Shown: positions 1-11,806 of the stretch, piece by piece | Layout of the letters: every line of letters starts with the position of its first letter | Numbering within the stretch: the stretch's first letter is position 1 | From: Dimorphilus gyrociliatus | Taxonomy: Eukaryota; Animalia; Annelida | Assembly (NCBI GenBank): GCA_904063045.1 | Contig: CAJFCJ010000021.1 | Location: 558,001 to 622,000, forward strand | Direction of reading: 5' to 3' | Length of the DNA stretch: 64,000 nucleotides | Notes under the pieces: model-generated | The model's database searches: none | Seen by the model: the letters and a program-made list of their open reading frames with translations, nothing else | Told to the model about the DNA's origin: nothing | Program-made: the position numbers and the translations under genes

Positions 1-274
1 ATTTTAACCTCTAGCCAATATTCACGAACATTGTAGTGACGTTTCAATTCATCTCTGATGGCGTATAACGTTCATTTTAAGCTGCGATTATAAAGGTACC
101 ACGCGAAATATATCCAAACCTGTATGTATAATTGAAATTTCCTTCATGAAAATTGCGCAAAAAATCCCTAAATTCTCCTTTAGAGTGTTGCCTAGAATCA
201 TCTCCAGCATTCTGCCTATCTTGAGCATTCCAATCATCACTGAAAAAGACTCCTGGATCATCGAAACCTTCCAT
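1..274 (-). CDS. MCM5: DNA replication licensing factor MCM5, 5' end only (exon 1 274-120, exon 2 from 54 running off the window)
   Basis: Starts MEGFDDPGVFFSD (human MCM5 MSGFDDPGIFYSD). A GT-AG intron at 119-55 joins NFNYTYR to DELKRHYNVREYWLEVK (human YRDELKRHYNLGEYWIEV). Confidence 0.95.
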
Positions 275-293
275 CTTAGCGTCGTTCAGTCAA

Positions 294-319
294 TTTGGCG
301 CGTAAAACGATCACGTGAC
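294..319. promoter_or_regulatory. E2F site (TTTGGCGC, 294-301) plus E-box (ATCACGTGAC, 310-319) just upstream of the MCM5 ATG
   Basis: Exact TTTSSCGC match 20 bp from the start codon. MCM genes are established E2F targets. The palindromic CACGTG core is seen directly. Confidence 0.6.
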
Positions 320-590
320 TCGTAGCGAATGATAACTTTAGAATAGGCCCGCGGAAATTTAAAAATATGTTATAAAAACGGTCCTTCTTATTTTGTATAT
401 ATTTCAGAAAGATAGAATAACAAATTGACTATTATAATTTATTGCAAACAATCAGATGAATATAACAAGAAAATATACGAGATATTTCAACAATATTCAT
501 CACAGACTTACTTTCGGGGACGGAATTCGCTCAAAAAATTCAACTACAAAATATAAACAAAATAGTAACGTTCTAAAAGATCATTTTTCA

Positions 591-3500
591 TTAGAATAAA
601 CCAACGTATTCGGTTTTCTCTTGTTTAAAATTAAATTCCTTTACTTTAAGGTTTACACTTTCTAAATATTCATCAATAAATCCGTCGATATCTGGCCGAT
701 AGTTGCTTCTTTCACCACTCATAGAAACGTATTGCGATCCGTTATAAAACCATCCATCGGGTAATGGTTCTTTTGATTTTTGGGATTGAATCTTTTCAAT
801 TTCAGTTGCGGATAGAGAATCTCTTTTCTTTAGATCCCTCAGAAGGGGTTTCTTAGACTTATTTGTCTTTTCCAACCATTCTTTCAAGAACTTTAACTGC
901 ACATCTCCAACTGTTAAGAATATTAGATATGAAGATCCTTTTCTATTCTGTTTGATGGAATTAAAATATCCTCCGGAAGGACAAACTTCAATTTCATTTA
1001 ATTCACCGGAAGCTAATAAATAAATAAGAGCGAAAATAAAATATCAACAATATATCTTATTCTGTTTTGGAAAAGTGAAAAAAAAAGATAATAATATCTT
1101 TTCTCACCAGAAAATCTAACAAAGCCGTAAATGTACACTATTTTCTGTAAATCGGATATCTTAGTTTGAGATAGAGCTGTTTGGGGACAATAATAAGGAA
1201 AAGGATTAAGACTAATGATTGTGGCAAAATATATAAGAAGATTCTGACCAATAAATCCATTATAGAATAATCTTTCGTCAAAACATCCTTTATTAGATAT
1301 ATTGACTAATTTCTCAGAAAATCCGAGTAGAGATGTTCGATAAGTTTGATAAAAACGGATAAAATGATCTATTTCTTCACCATTTCCCACAGTGAAAACA
1401 GTATCAACGAATTTGTTACCGCTAACAATACCTTCAGGTCCAGTCATAAAGACAGCGTTAGCATTCATTGCTCTTATCATCTTTTGTATTTCCAAGTTTT
1501 TATCTAATGCGTATGAAGATGGTGTTGTCCATATAATTGTTGTTGAAAGTCGAATATTATTTTGTAAATTCGGAGATAATTCCTTTGTTTCTTTATTTGG
1601 AAAAACCGTTGAAGCATTGACGCAAGTGGTAATCGATCCTAAAAATTGTTTAAATTATGTAAATTTACAAACAAAACAAAATAAACAGTAATAAATTAAT
1701 GCATTTTACCAATTTGAATATTTTCGTTCTTTAATTTATTAATAATCTGTAAGAGATTAGCGTTAATTGGAAGGGCTAGTATAGAATTTCCTTTTATGCT
1801 TGTATATTTTTGATAAATTTTATCGTAATTAGTTTGCTCTGGACACCAAAGTTGCTCATCAGCTATCAAAGCTACATCTCTGAAAAAAAAACATTTGTAA
1901 ATTAAATTTATCAGAAAACATAGAAGGGTAGGGAAATTATTTAAAATTCTTAGTATAGGATACACTAATATTATTATATTGAGTATATATTTATCTATAT
2001 ATATGTATACAGTGTAATGTATCCCATATTGGTGGCAGAATCATGACCGTTCTTAACCTGTCATTGATATTACTTCTGAGACAGTCAAAGAATTGCCTGG
2101 TAAATGACCCAAGAGTTGAACAGACGATGTGCGTCGTATGATCTAGATTTTGGACGGCTGTACGGTAACCCGCAGTTGCCCCAGAGTCGTTTTCGTCATT
2201 TTGTTTGATTTTAAAGTAGCAGTTTCTGTCATAATCTTTCATAAACCTAGTTTTTTTTATGAGAAAATTTAGAAATAATAAAAAAGTCATAAAAGTAAAC
2301 ATTAAAAGAACACTTAACCTATTAAAGTTGGTTGCATTTTGGGAAAATTTCTTCAAAGTTGTATTTTGCCATTGTTTAAGGAATTCTCGATTTCTTTCGC
2401 AATTTTCATATCTATAGGGGTTAAAAAGAGGTCTAATTGAGTTGTTAAATATGTAAATTTGTAGAATATACATTTCCCCAACGGCTTTTGGTAGTTCTGA
2501 TGCCACTTTCAATTCAACCTTGTCGTTTTCTTTCCACAATGGAAGAATTTTTGAAAAAAAATGACTTGATAAGATCCTAGAAGTTTGATCACTCCTTGAA
2601 TCTATCCAAAGAACTAGCATGCACTCGTTGTTTGACAAACAAAGTGGTATGTAATCCCATGCTAGCCGACGAAGTCGGAAGCAAATAACCAGGGGTTCCT
2701 CTATCGATTGCTGGGGGGAGGGGAAAGTTGATAGTTGTTTTTTTCAAAAGCAAAAAGAGAAAAAAAAGCGGCAATAAAAAGTTTTTTTTAGCTACTATTA
2801 TTACTTGAAAGAAATAAAAACACTATATTTCTGAGCTGTAATTTTACTAATTTCTAGTTAGTAGTTAATTATTTACCCGATCATAAATTATCTTTTGCCA
2901 AACAACATCATCCAAAAGTAAAACGGGAGCCAGATGACAGTGTTCGAATGATAAACCTCTTTCATAAAAAGCTACTTTAACTTCATTAAAGTAGGCCAGT
3001 GTACCCGGGACAAAGATGCTTGATGTTCCCTCAGCCAACCTCTTTCCAAATAGAGCGTGGCGGACGTCCTCAGCATCACCCTCGACCTAATAAAGTTCAA
3101 CAGGTTAGAGAACTGGTTATCGGACGAACGGGGCGGTGACCCTGGTGACCTCGATTACGGGTTAAACCGGGGACAAAGAAAGACGAAGCCGACACCCCTA
3201 CTTACATCTAAGTATACATCTGCTGCCATCCTAGGTAGGAGGGTCGACGTCAGTGGGTTGGAAATAAAAATGGAATCGCCATAGGTCAATGAGCCAATTA
3301 TTTCACCTTCTTCATTTTGTATGTCGTAGATGGCAACCATTAAAGAAAGTACATTAGACCTTTCTAATCGGCACCAAACTTCTGAATTTGATGCGCAATG
3401 TCGAATTAGCGGCCTTGACACGTGAAATTTGTCCAAGTATCTGGGAATTTCTTTCAAACAATGAGCCTTTAATTGAGAAGGATTCGATGCGAAATCTGAC

Positions 3501-6500
3501 GCTTGCTCCAAAATAGTTCTTACAGCACTCCTAAGTGATGTGTATATCCTTTGGAGTCGTCGAATAGTTTCGTCATTTTCAGATATCGTCCTCTCGGTCA
3601 AAGACTCTTTCTTTGTATTACCTGTAACAATATTTTTATTAGAAGAGAGCACATATTTTTCATATAAAAATGAAACACGACGAATGTGAATAAACTTTAG
3701 AAATAAAGAAACAAAGTACAAACTCTACATGTCTTGGAATACATAACCAATTAGGCCCATTCGGCAAAGTTTTGCAAACAAAAAAGCACAGACTAGCACA
3801 GTTGTTACCTAGAGGCTTAAAAATATCACTTTGTTTTGAAAATAAAAGATAAATATATATAGCGAAACTGGAATAAAGAAACTAAATGAAGTCCGTTTTC
3901 GTGTTTATTGTAATCTGTATAGTAAGCTCTTACGAATTCTATACAGTTGATGATATTAGGTATTGATATTGATTGACGCTTTTCAATATGTTTATAAGTT
4001 GTTATAATACTTCTCTTTTACATCTGATGTTTTTTCAGCGATGATAGACTTAAAGACTTTTTTAGGACATACGACAAAACCAAATTGCCTACTAATAATA
4101 CAACAAACGTTCGGTTAAGCATGAAAATACTGGATCTTGAAATTGATCAAGATAAATCCGTAAGAATTTTATTAAATCGAAACACAATTCTTAATTTACA
4201 GAATAATAATGATGAATTTCAAATAGGCAATATCCTTACTAATGTATTTGAGAGTCCGCTGGAAAGAGCCGAGATTAAAAACCCTAATTAAATCGTATCC
4301 TATTTACTTCCGTAACGAATCAATACCTAATCAAGATAAGAAGATTTATCATTTGTTATGGCATCCTGACTTTTTTATTGCCAACTCTTATGGGGATCAT
4401 CTCGTACCAAGTTTAAATGTTGAAGGGAATATATTTTTTTCTATGCAAGAAAATACCGAAGTTACTCTATCTGTCCCGTAAGTTTAACTAACAATTGAAT
4501 TCTAACAGAAAAAGCTTTGTTAAATTATCTTATTCTTTAATAGGATTTCCACAAAGATTCCTTGTCCCAAAACTGGATTATCTTATGGTTCTAATATAAT
4601 TTGTAACGTACGATTCACTAGCTGTAAGTAAGCTGCCCAAGAGATGGCGCAAACTTACAAAAAGAAAGAAAAACTTAATAATATTGCTCTTTTGTTTTGA
4701 TATTTTTTCCAGACAAGCATAATAAAGGTGATGTGAAATTTATACCAAGTGCAGAACAACCTATAAGTTTTAAGAAGGATTTAGAACTCACAAAAAATTT
4801 AAAATTGGAATCGTATCAAACTTCAGCTATATGTAGAAAATCGCAGTTTCCATGCACAGATTTAAAAATTTCATTTAAACCGTCGTGGATGAGATCTGAA
4901 TATCAACAAGCCTATACTATAGGAGTATTTACAGTTATAGCCTCTTGGATTGGATTTTGGTTAGAGAAGGATAGAGATAGAATACTTTTATCAACACTTT
5001 TAGTAACAAGTTTACAAATATACAAAGTTGGATTTACTTTATCATGCCACGGAAAAGTAAAAATCTTCCTAATAGAAATTTTACTTATCTATATTTATAC
5101 AATTAACTTATTTCTTTACTATTAATCAATTTTTTGTCTTTTTTCCCTTTTATTTAGATTGGAGAGAAGGCAATTGAATTATGGCTGTCAATTTGCATAA
5201 TTTTTATACTTTTAACAATTTTTCAATTCGCTATTGTTCGAATTTTAATTGAAAAAATTCCAAATACTATAAAATCTTTTAAAAGAAGCGACAAAGATTT
5301 GGTAACTAAATTTTAATAGTGATATTTTTTTGTTAAGTATTGGTAACATCTTTCTTAAACAGGCCTATTTTCCGCCTGCTTCGTCTTTGGAAAGAATAGC
5401 AGTAGCAATTGACACTTTTTGCGGTTTAATTCTATTCCCTTTAGGTTTTATAATAATTAATGTCATTGAGTGGCCGACAGTTAGGTCTATTTAGAGATGT
5501 GCAACTTATATTGTAGATTATAGAGAATGTTTGTACAGTATTAGTTAAATAGTAAACACTCACCATTTATTTTTAAACAACCATTTCTTGTGAAAAGAGT
5601 CCTTGCAAAGACGAAACCTGATTTTGGTTCAGTGGCGCAGCATATGATATGACCTGCTATATCTCCATTAATCCCAGTATTTTCTAAAGTGCAAGAAGAC
5701 TCCATCCAATGTTGACGACTAATTAAAGGTTTCAAAGTGGTCTTTGCCGTATTTGAACCGAATAAACAAAATGGTTTGAGTCGTTGTTCAAGCTTTGCTT
5801 TCGTTTCCGTTGGATATTTTCTCATATAATGATTATAATAAGATAGAAGAGGCTAAATTATATAGAGAATATACAGTATATTATTGTTATGATCTATCAT
5901 GTTTCAATTATAATACAAAGATGATTGAGCAACAACCTCGCATATTTCTGTTTCATTCAGATCCTTTGGTTTAGATAAATATCTTTTCAAGTTTTGAATA
6001 ACTTCTTCCCAATGACGCTCAAACAAAGCGAAATCCTATTTAATACGATAAATTAAGTTATAAATTTTTACATGAACGACATTATATTACATTAATAAGG
6101 AGTTTTTCAAGACCGTAACAATCCATCAATTCAATGAGATCAAGAGTTTGCGATGGTGTGATAAATTTGACCTATTTTTTCAATTTCAGAGAATATATAA
6201 TGTAAATCAAAATAATTGAATAACAAAGTTTGAGTATTTAATTAGTTACCTCGTGTTGGAGAGTAAAGAATCCACCACTATAAACATAGAAAAATTTACA
6301 CATTGTATTATAAAATTCTTGGAATTATGTTTAAACTTACGCATTAAAATCTTCTAGAGCGAAAGCTTGAATTAATGGCCATTTTTCTATGTCCATTTTT
6401 CCTATTTTACTGTTAGAGTTGGTTGTTAAAATGCCAACTCTTTTCGTTGGTTTTATCATTTTAATAAAACAACGAATTTTATAATCTTCACCAACTTCTT

Positions 6501-7208
6501 GATCATACTAGTTTGAATTTTTAAAGTTTATAAACTATTACTTGTTTTTATGTAAAATTACTTCAATACCTTATTATTATTAATACAATACAATTCTAAA
6601 TTGTCCCAATTTGCGAAGACATTTAAAAAGAAATTATAATTTAAAGGATTGCAATAGAAATGAACATTGTCCTTATTTATCAATAAAACTACATCTTCTA
6701 ATATTTCATCTTCAGTATTGTATCTATAAATACATTACATATTTATGCATTACATTGTATATGTACCATTTAAACGTTATATCACTTACTTTTCAGTATC
6801 TTTACCGATAGTTTCTAATATATCGAAAAATATATAGTTCAATAGTTTCATACTACCATCATGATGCCAGCTATCTACGCCTATTGAAAAGAATTGCTTT
6901 TGTTTACTTTTTAATCACATAATTTCAACATTCTGTTTAAACAATTTTCTTTTTATAATTATTTTTTAACCTCCTATTGCTAATATTCCATCAATAGATT
7001 CATCTTTCTCTATAAAATGTTGAACATTCCTTAGGCGAGTTAAACTGTATGAAGAAAATAATTTTGCTGTATTTAAAACGCAGTAAAACAGATTGAATTT
7101 TAAAGGATATAAATATTTATATTCTGCTTACTGTCCAATTGAAGTTAAGCAATCGCTTTTTATCAAAGATTTATAAGAAATCTGTTGCTTTCCTCTTTTC
7201 TTTGACAT
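591..7208 (-). CDS. DNAAF9: Dynein axonemal assembly factor 9 (C20orf194/Shulin homologue), multi-exon
   Basis: Start MSKKRGKQQ at 7208. Successive minus-strand exons read LTRLRNVQHF..DGILAIG, GVDSWHHDG..LLNYIFF, LEDVVLLINKDNVHFYCNPLNY, YDQEVGEDYKIRCF, EKWPLIQAFALE, GGFFTLQHE, FALFERHW, PFCLFGSN..GHIICCATEPK..FARTLF, LMVAIYDI..GSLTYGDS, and finally EPLPDGWFYNGSQYVSMSGERSNYRP. These are collinear with recalled human C20orf194 motifs (EKWPIVQAFALE; LPAGYFYNGTQFV). Stop at 591-593. Internal exon boundaries were only partly resolved. Confidence 0.85.
3622..5563 (-). other. Single large (1942 nt) DNAAF9 intron hosting a nested antisense gene
   Basis: Donor G|gtgagt at 5564/5563 and acceptor ttacag|GT at 3622/3621 give an in-frame phase-1 join (KING-NTKKES). 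The other DNAAF9 introns examined are mostly well under 200 nt. Confidence 0.8.
3886..5494 (+). CDS. Divergent pentameric (Cys-loop) ligand-gated ion channel subunit, GlyR/GluCl-like architecture, 381 aa, nested in the DNAAF9 intron
   Basis: Seven exons: 3886-3959, 4039-4159, 4227-4477, 4544-4623, 4713-5056, 5158-5301, 5363-5494. All introns are GT-AG and phase-compatible (1146 nt total). Signal peptide MKSVFVFIVICIVSS; YDKTKLP; MYLRVRWKEPRL; LWHPDFFIANS (loop A); C-x12-C loop; M1 VIASWIGFWL; M3 KAIELWLSICIIF; M4 IDTFCGLILFPLGF..NVIEW. Confidence 0.85.
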
Positions 7209-8342
7209 TCTTAAATTTGTTTACATCGCTACAGAATTAGGCCTATTCTTTTGAAAACTAGTTCTATTAGCCGCATAAATTTTACGACATTAATATGGTA
7301 TCCCATTCAAAAATTTAAACAAAATGTTATATAGGTTGAAAAAATACTGATAAGACAAAAACTTGATAATATTAAGATTACAAGCTGCTTTGTTTTAAAA
7401 ATAAATGGAAATATATCTACCTTTTTAGATAAGCTTATACTTTAAGTAAAGCAAAATCTTTACTTTTCTTTTAACATTTTGGGCAACGAAACGATTTTGA
7501 TTTTTGAAATTCTTTTAAATCGATAAAAAGTTAACTGAAACCTAATCGTCTTTTTAAGGCTACTTTTGGATAGTAATCCTAGATAACGGACACATCCTTA
7601 CTATTAATATTAGAATACTGAAGTTGAGTTGGGGAAGAGCTTTCTCTAAAACTTCTATTAGTTTCGTGCCAAGAGAAGAAGAGAAAAATTTAAGGATAAA
7701 GGAGAGTAATTTTGTTTAGAACCTTATAATTTTGGAATAAATCAAGAGAGAAATAACTGAGATTCGTTTGAAAATGAAACCTCGAAAGAGTATACTTACT
7801 TATATTGTATGCTAAACCTAGGTCTAAATCTCTAAGTCTACATTCTTTGCCTTAAAAAACTTATTAATTAGTATTTTTGCATCTATGAAATTATAAACTA
7901 TATTTTATTGTTTTTTATTACTTAAGCATGCTTATTCTTAGTTAAGCACAACATAACAAATAGTTCTTACTTAGAGTTAATATTTTTACGACACTTTAGA
8001 CTGGTTTGTGTCGTTAAAATAAAACATAAGAAGTAAGCTTCAATCAGTCGTAGTGAGTTTAGAATGAGAATTTATTACTTGTATTTACATAAATTGCAAT
8101 TTATCTTTTTGCAAATTTACCTATTTTTTAATTAAATCGCTAAATACAGGCACTATTTTTAAAATTCCTCAACAGTAATCAATAATTTTAAGACATTCAT
8201 GAACGATAATTTGTTAAATTGCAATTTTTAGACCATGTGGTTTTTTAGTGAGGCCTATTTTTTTGTAACTCAAAAATTCTAATTTATTCATTAATTGTCA
8301 GGATGCTCTTCGCGCAATAAATCAGTTTTACGTCGGCAAAAT

Positions 8343-10270
8343 ATGAAGTATGTTCTTGTAACGGGAGGTGTCATTAGTGGCATAGGGAAGGGTGTAATTT
8401 CTTCTTCAATTGGAACTCTACTAAAAACTCATGGAGTTAAAGTTACTTCAATAAAAATAGACCCTTACATAAATATTGATGCTGGAACATTCTCTCCCTA
8501 TGAACACGGAGAAGTATTCGTTTTGGACGACGGAGGAGAAGTTGATCTTGATCTTGGAAATTACGAGAGATTCTTAGACATAACACTACATAGAGACAAT
8601 AATATAACAACAGGCAAAATTTATGAGTATGTAATTAAAAAGGAAAGAAAAGGGGATTACCTTGGAAAAACTGTTCAAGTAGTACCACACGTGACAGATG
8701 CAATCCAAGAATGGATAGAGCGTGTTGCAAAAATTCCTGTCGATGTTAATGACCCTTCTGAACCTCAAGCTTGCCTTATCGAATTAGGTGGAACTATAGG
8801 CGATATAGAGGGTATGCCTTTTATTGAAGCTCTTAGACAATTTCAAAGGCGAGTTGGCAAAGAAAATTTCTGTGTAGTTCATGTCAGTTTAGTACCAGAA
8901 CCAAAAGCGACGGGGGAACAAAAAACGAAACCCACACAAACAAGTGTAAGACAACTGAGAAGTTTGGGTCTTACTCCTGATTTAATAATTGCTAGGTGCG
9001 GAGGACCTATAAATGATTCTACAAAATGTAAAATATCATCATTCTGTGATATAGAAGATGATTGTGTCATTGGTTTACCCGACGTGTCATCAGTGTACAA
9101 AGTTCCTCCGTTGATGGAAGACTCAAATCTTGTTGAATATTTTGCGAAAAGATTGAATTTACCTTTAAAGCGTAACAGACGTGCCTTGTTACGCTGGCGA
9201 GGACTTGGTAGTAATCAGGAAAGAGCATTGGAAGAAGTATGTATAGCTCTTGTGGGAAAATATACCAAATTAGAAGATTCCTATGCAAGTGTGATAAAAT
9301 CTTTGAGGCATTCTGCCATGAAAATCAATAGAAAACTCAAAATTCAGTATATATTTATTTATTTATTTATCCTTTAATAAGAATGTTTTTTAGTTATATA
9401 GAGGCTGACAAGTTAGAGAGCCAAGAAAATGATCCTGTTAAATATCACGAAGCTTGGCAACAGTTATGTAGATCGGACGGAGTATTAGTTCCTGGTGGAT
9501 TTGGTATGAGAGGTTTAGAAGGTAAAATATTAGCCGCAAACTGGGCAAGAACGAATTCAAAACCATACCTAGGAGTTTGCCTCGGTTTGCAATGCGCTGT
9601 TATAGAATTTGCTCGCAATGTTTTAAAATGGGATGATGCAAATACAACAGAGGTAAATCCAAACACAAATCATCCAGTTGTTATTGAAATGCCAGAACAC
9701 AATACTGGAATGGTGAGTATATCTACTAGTTAAATGAAAATAACGTTCCTCCTACCACTTACAATAATAATAATCAGTTTGCGTATATTTATTCATTTAG
9801 CTTGGTGGAACAATGAGACTTGGTAAAAGACGTACAAATTTTACAACTAACAAATCAATTGTCAGGAAACTATATCATGACAAAGAATACGTTGAGGAAA
9901 GACATAGGCATAGATATGAAGTTAATCCGGAAGTTGTTCAAGATTTAGAAAATAGTGGCTTGAAATTCATTGGCAGATCTACTGATGGAGAAAGAATGGA
10001 AATTTTAGAATTGGAAAATCATCCTTTTTACATTGCTGTCCAATATCATCCTGAATATATATCTCGTCCTCTCAATCCTTCACCACCGTATTTAGGCCTA
10101 CTTCTTGCTTCATCTGGAAAGTTAGATAGCTATTTAAATTCTGACTGGGAGCCTTCTCCAAGGTCTGGCTGTTAATCTTCTTTTATATGTTTTACATAAT
10201 TATTCATATTAAAACCTCTGTGCTTGTTATCTACAGATGCACTGACTCCAGTGACCTCTCCGATGAGTAA
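8343..10270 (+). CDS. CTPS: CTP synthase
   Basis: [18 protein letters not shown]-loop, [13 protein letters not shown], and glutaminase triad GVCLGLQ / YHPEY. Exons 8343-9346, 9394-9712, 9801-10162 (or to the stop at 10175), plus a probable terminal mini-exon 10237-10270. The 3' end is uncertain. Confidence 0.97.
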
Positions 10271-10650
10271 CAACTCTTGATTAACTCTTCGAAATGTTAA
10301 AGTATATGCGCTGAAACGAATGGCATATTTTTTTTTGAGTATCATATTATTTTCCTTTATATTTCTTTCATATCGAGATCTGTTCTATTTACAAGATGAT
10401 GACAATATATGTTTATTAAAGCTTCTGTCTTTTTTTTAAGTGTATATTAACAATTCTGCAGTTGATCCATGCTTTTATTTTCTTTTTCACTACTAAATGA
10501 AATGTCTAATATTTAATTTGTTTTTGTTCTATGTATCGGGTGGAATAGAATAAATTTAAATTAACACAAAAGCTGGATATCAAGACTAATCAAGTAATAA
10601 ATTAGTTTTAGTAAAATAATGAATTATTCATAGATTTTTGATAATTCAAC

Positions 10651-10662
10651 TTTGGCGCGAAA
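10651..10662. promoter_or_regulatory. Overlapping double E2F site TTTGGCGCGAAA
   Basis: Its reverse complement TTTCGCGCCAAA is the classic DHFR-type E2F element. It lies ~320 bp upstream of HTATIP2 copy 1. Confidence 0.45.
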
Positions 10663-10982
10663 ATACAGGTTATTTTCGTAAATGTTATTTGACATTTATA
10701 TCTTTCTAATTAAGAAAAAATTTAACAATTATTCGTTGAAAGGTATAAAGATTAAAATAAAGATTTATGAATTTGAGAGTAAACTTGATGAATTTAAATA
10801 TATTCCTACGAAAATAACATTTATTAATACTTTAGCGTTCAGCTATTTTTTGAGATCTTACCAGTGATCTCGTTTGAAAACTATTGGTTGGAAACTTTTC
10901 ATTTGCAATTAAACCCGGAAATTTCACAAAACGACGCAGAATTATATAACAATTTACTCTAATCAATTGTGTAAGACAAATA

Positions 10983-11806
10983 ATGGACAATAATTCATCA
11001 GAAAAAAACGCCTTCGTCATGGGCTTCACTGGCGGTATTGGACAAGAAGTACTAAAAGCTTTAGCAAGAGAGAAGTTGTTCGCCAAGGTTGTTCTTATTG
11101 GTAGAAGAAAAGTTGAATTTGATGACGAAGAATTAAAAACTTGGGAGCAAAGAATAGTCGATTTTGACAATCTATCAAAACACACCGAAGACTTCAAAGA
11201 CTTGCACGTGGGATTCTGTTCACTTGGAACTACAAGAGCGAAAGCTGGCAAAGAAGGATTCTATAAAGTAAGAGTTTTTACTGCCTTATGTATTCGGAAT
11301 CATTTTCGTAGTATGAATCATCAAATTCATTCTTATTTATGCAGAGAGCATTTTTAGTATTAATAATGTATTAGACTATAAAAAATTGCTATTTTATGCA
11401 GATTGATCACGATTACGTTTTGGAATCGGCTAAATTGGCAAAAGATGGTGGGTGTGAAGAATTTCACTACGTAAGTTCAGCTGGTGCAGACAAGAGTAGC
11501 ATGTTTTTCTATTTGAAAACTAAAGCAGAGATTGAGGATGACTTGTCCAAGGTTGGATTTAATAGGCTGAGTATATATCGGCCCAAAATGCTTTTGGGAA
11601 AGAGAGATGAGGCGAGAATGGGCGAACGCGTTGCGAAATTTCTTCTAAAGCCGATTGTTGCTCTGTCACCAACTGCTCTTAGCGTACCAATGGAAGATGT
11701 AGCTAAAGCTATGCTAAATAACTCAAAGAAGTCTATTAACGAGTCAGTAGAAATACTAGATAACGTTGCTTGCCACAACTTAAGTAAAGAAGGAAACAGT
11801 AAATAA
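10983..11806 (+). CDS. HTATIP2: Oxidoreductase HTATIP2/TIP30 (atypical SDR), tandem copy 1
   Basis: GFTGGIG Rossmann motif, LIGRRK, GFCSLGTTRAKAG, DHDYV, VSSAGA, YLKTK, YRP. Exons 10983-11267 and 11402-11806. Confidence 0.93.

Noticed and set aside
1392-1691. Antisense ORFs over real genes (also 8586-9288, 10832-11251, 21453-21803, 27414-27761, 45729-46196)
   Set aside because: These are shadows of coding sequence on the opposite strand with no recognisable motifs.
4085-4481. Overlapping ORFs 4085-4291 and 4242-4481 look like a frameshift
   Set aside because: A 67-nt GT-AG intron (4160-4226) joins them in frame.
9347-9393. Apparent premature stop in CTPS at 9377
   Set aside because: It lies within a 47-nt GT-AG intron; the spliced product reads [11 protein letters not shown].
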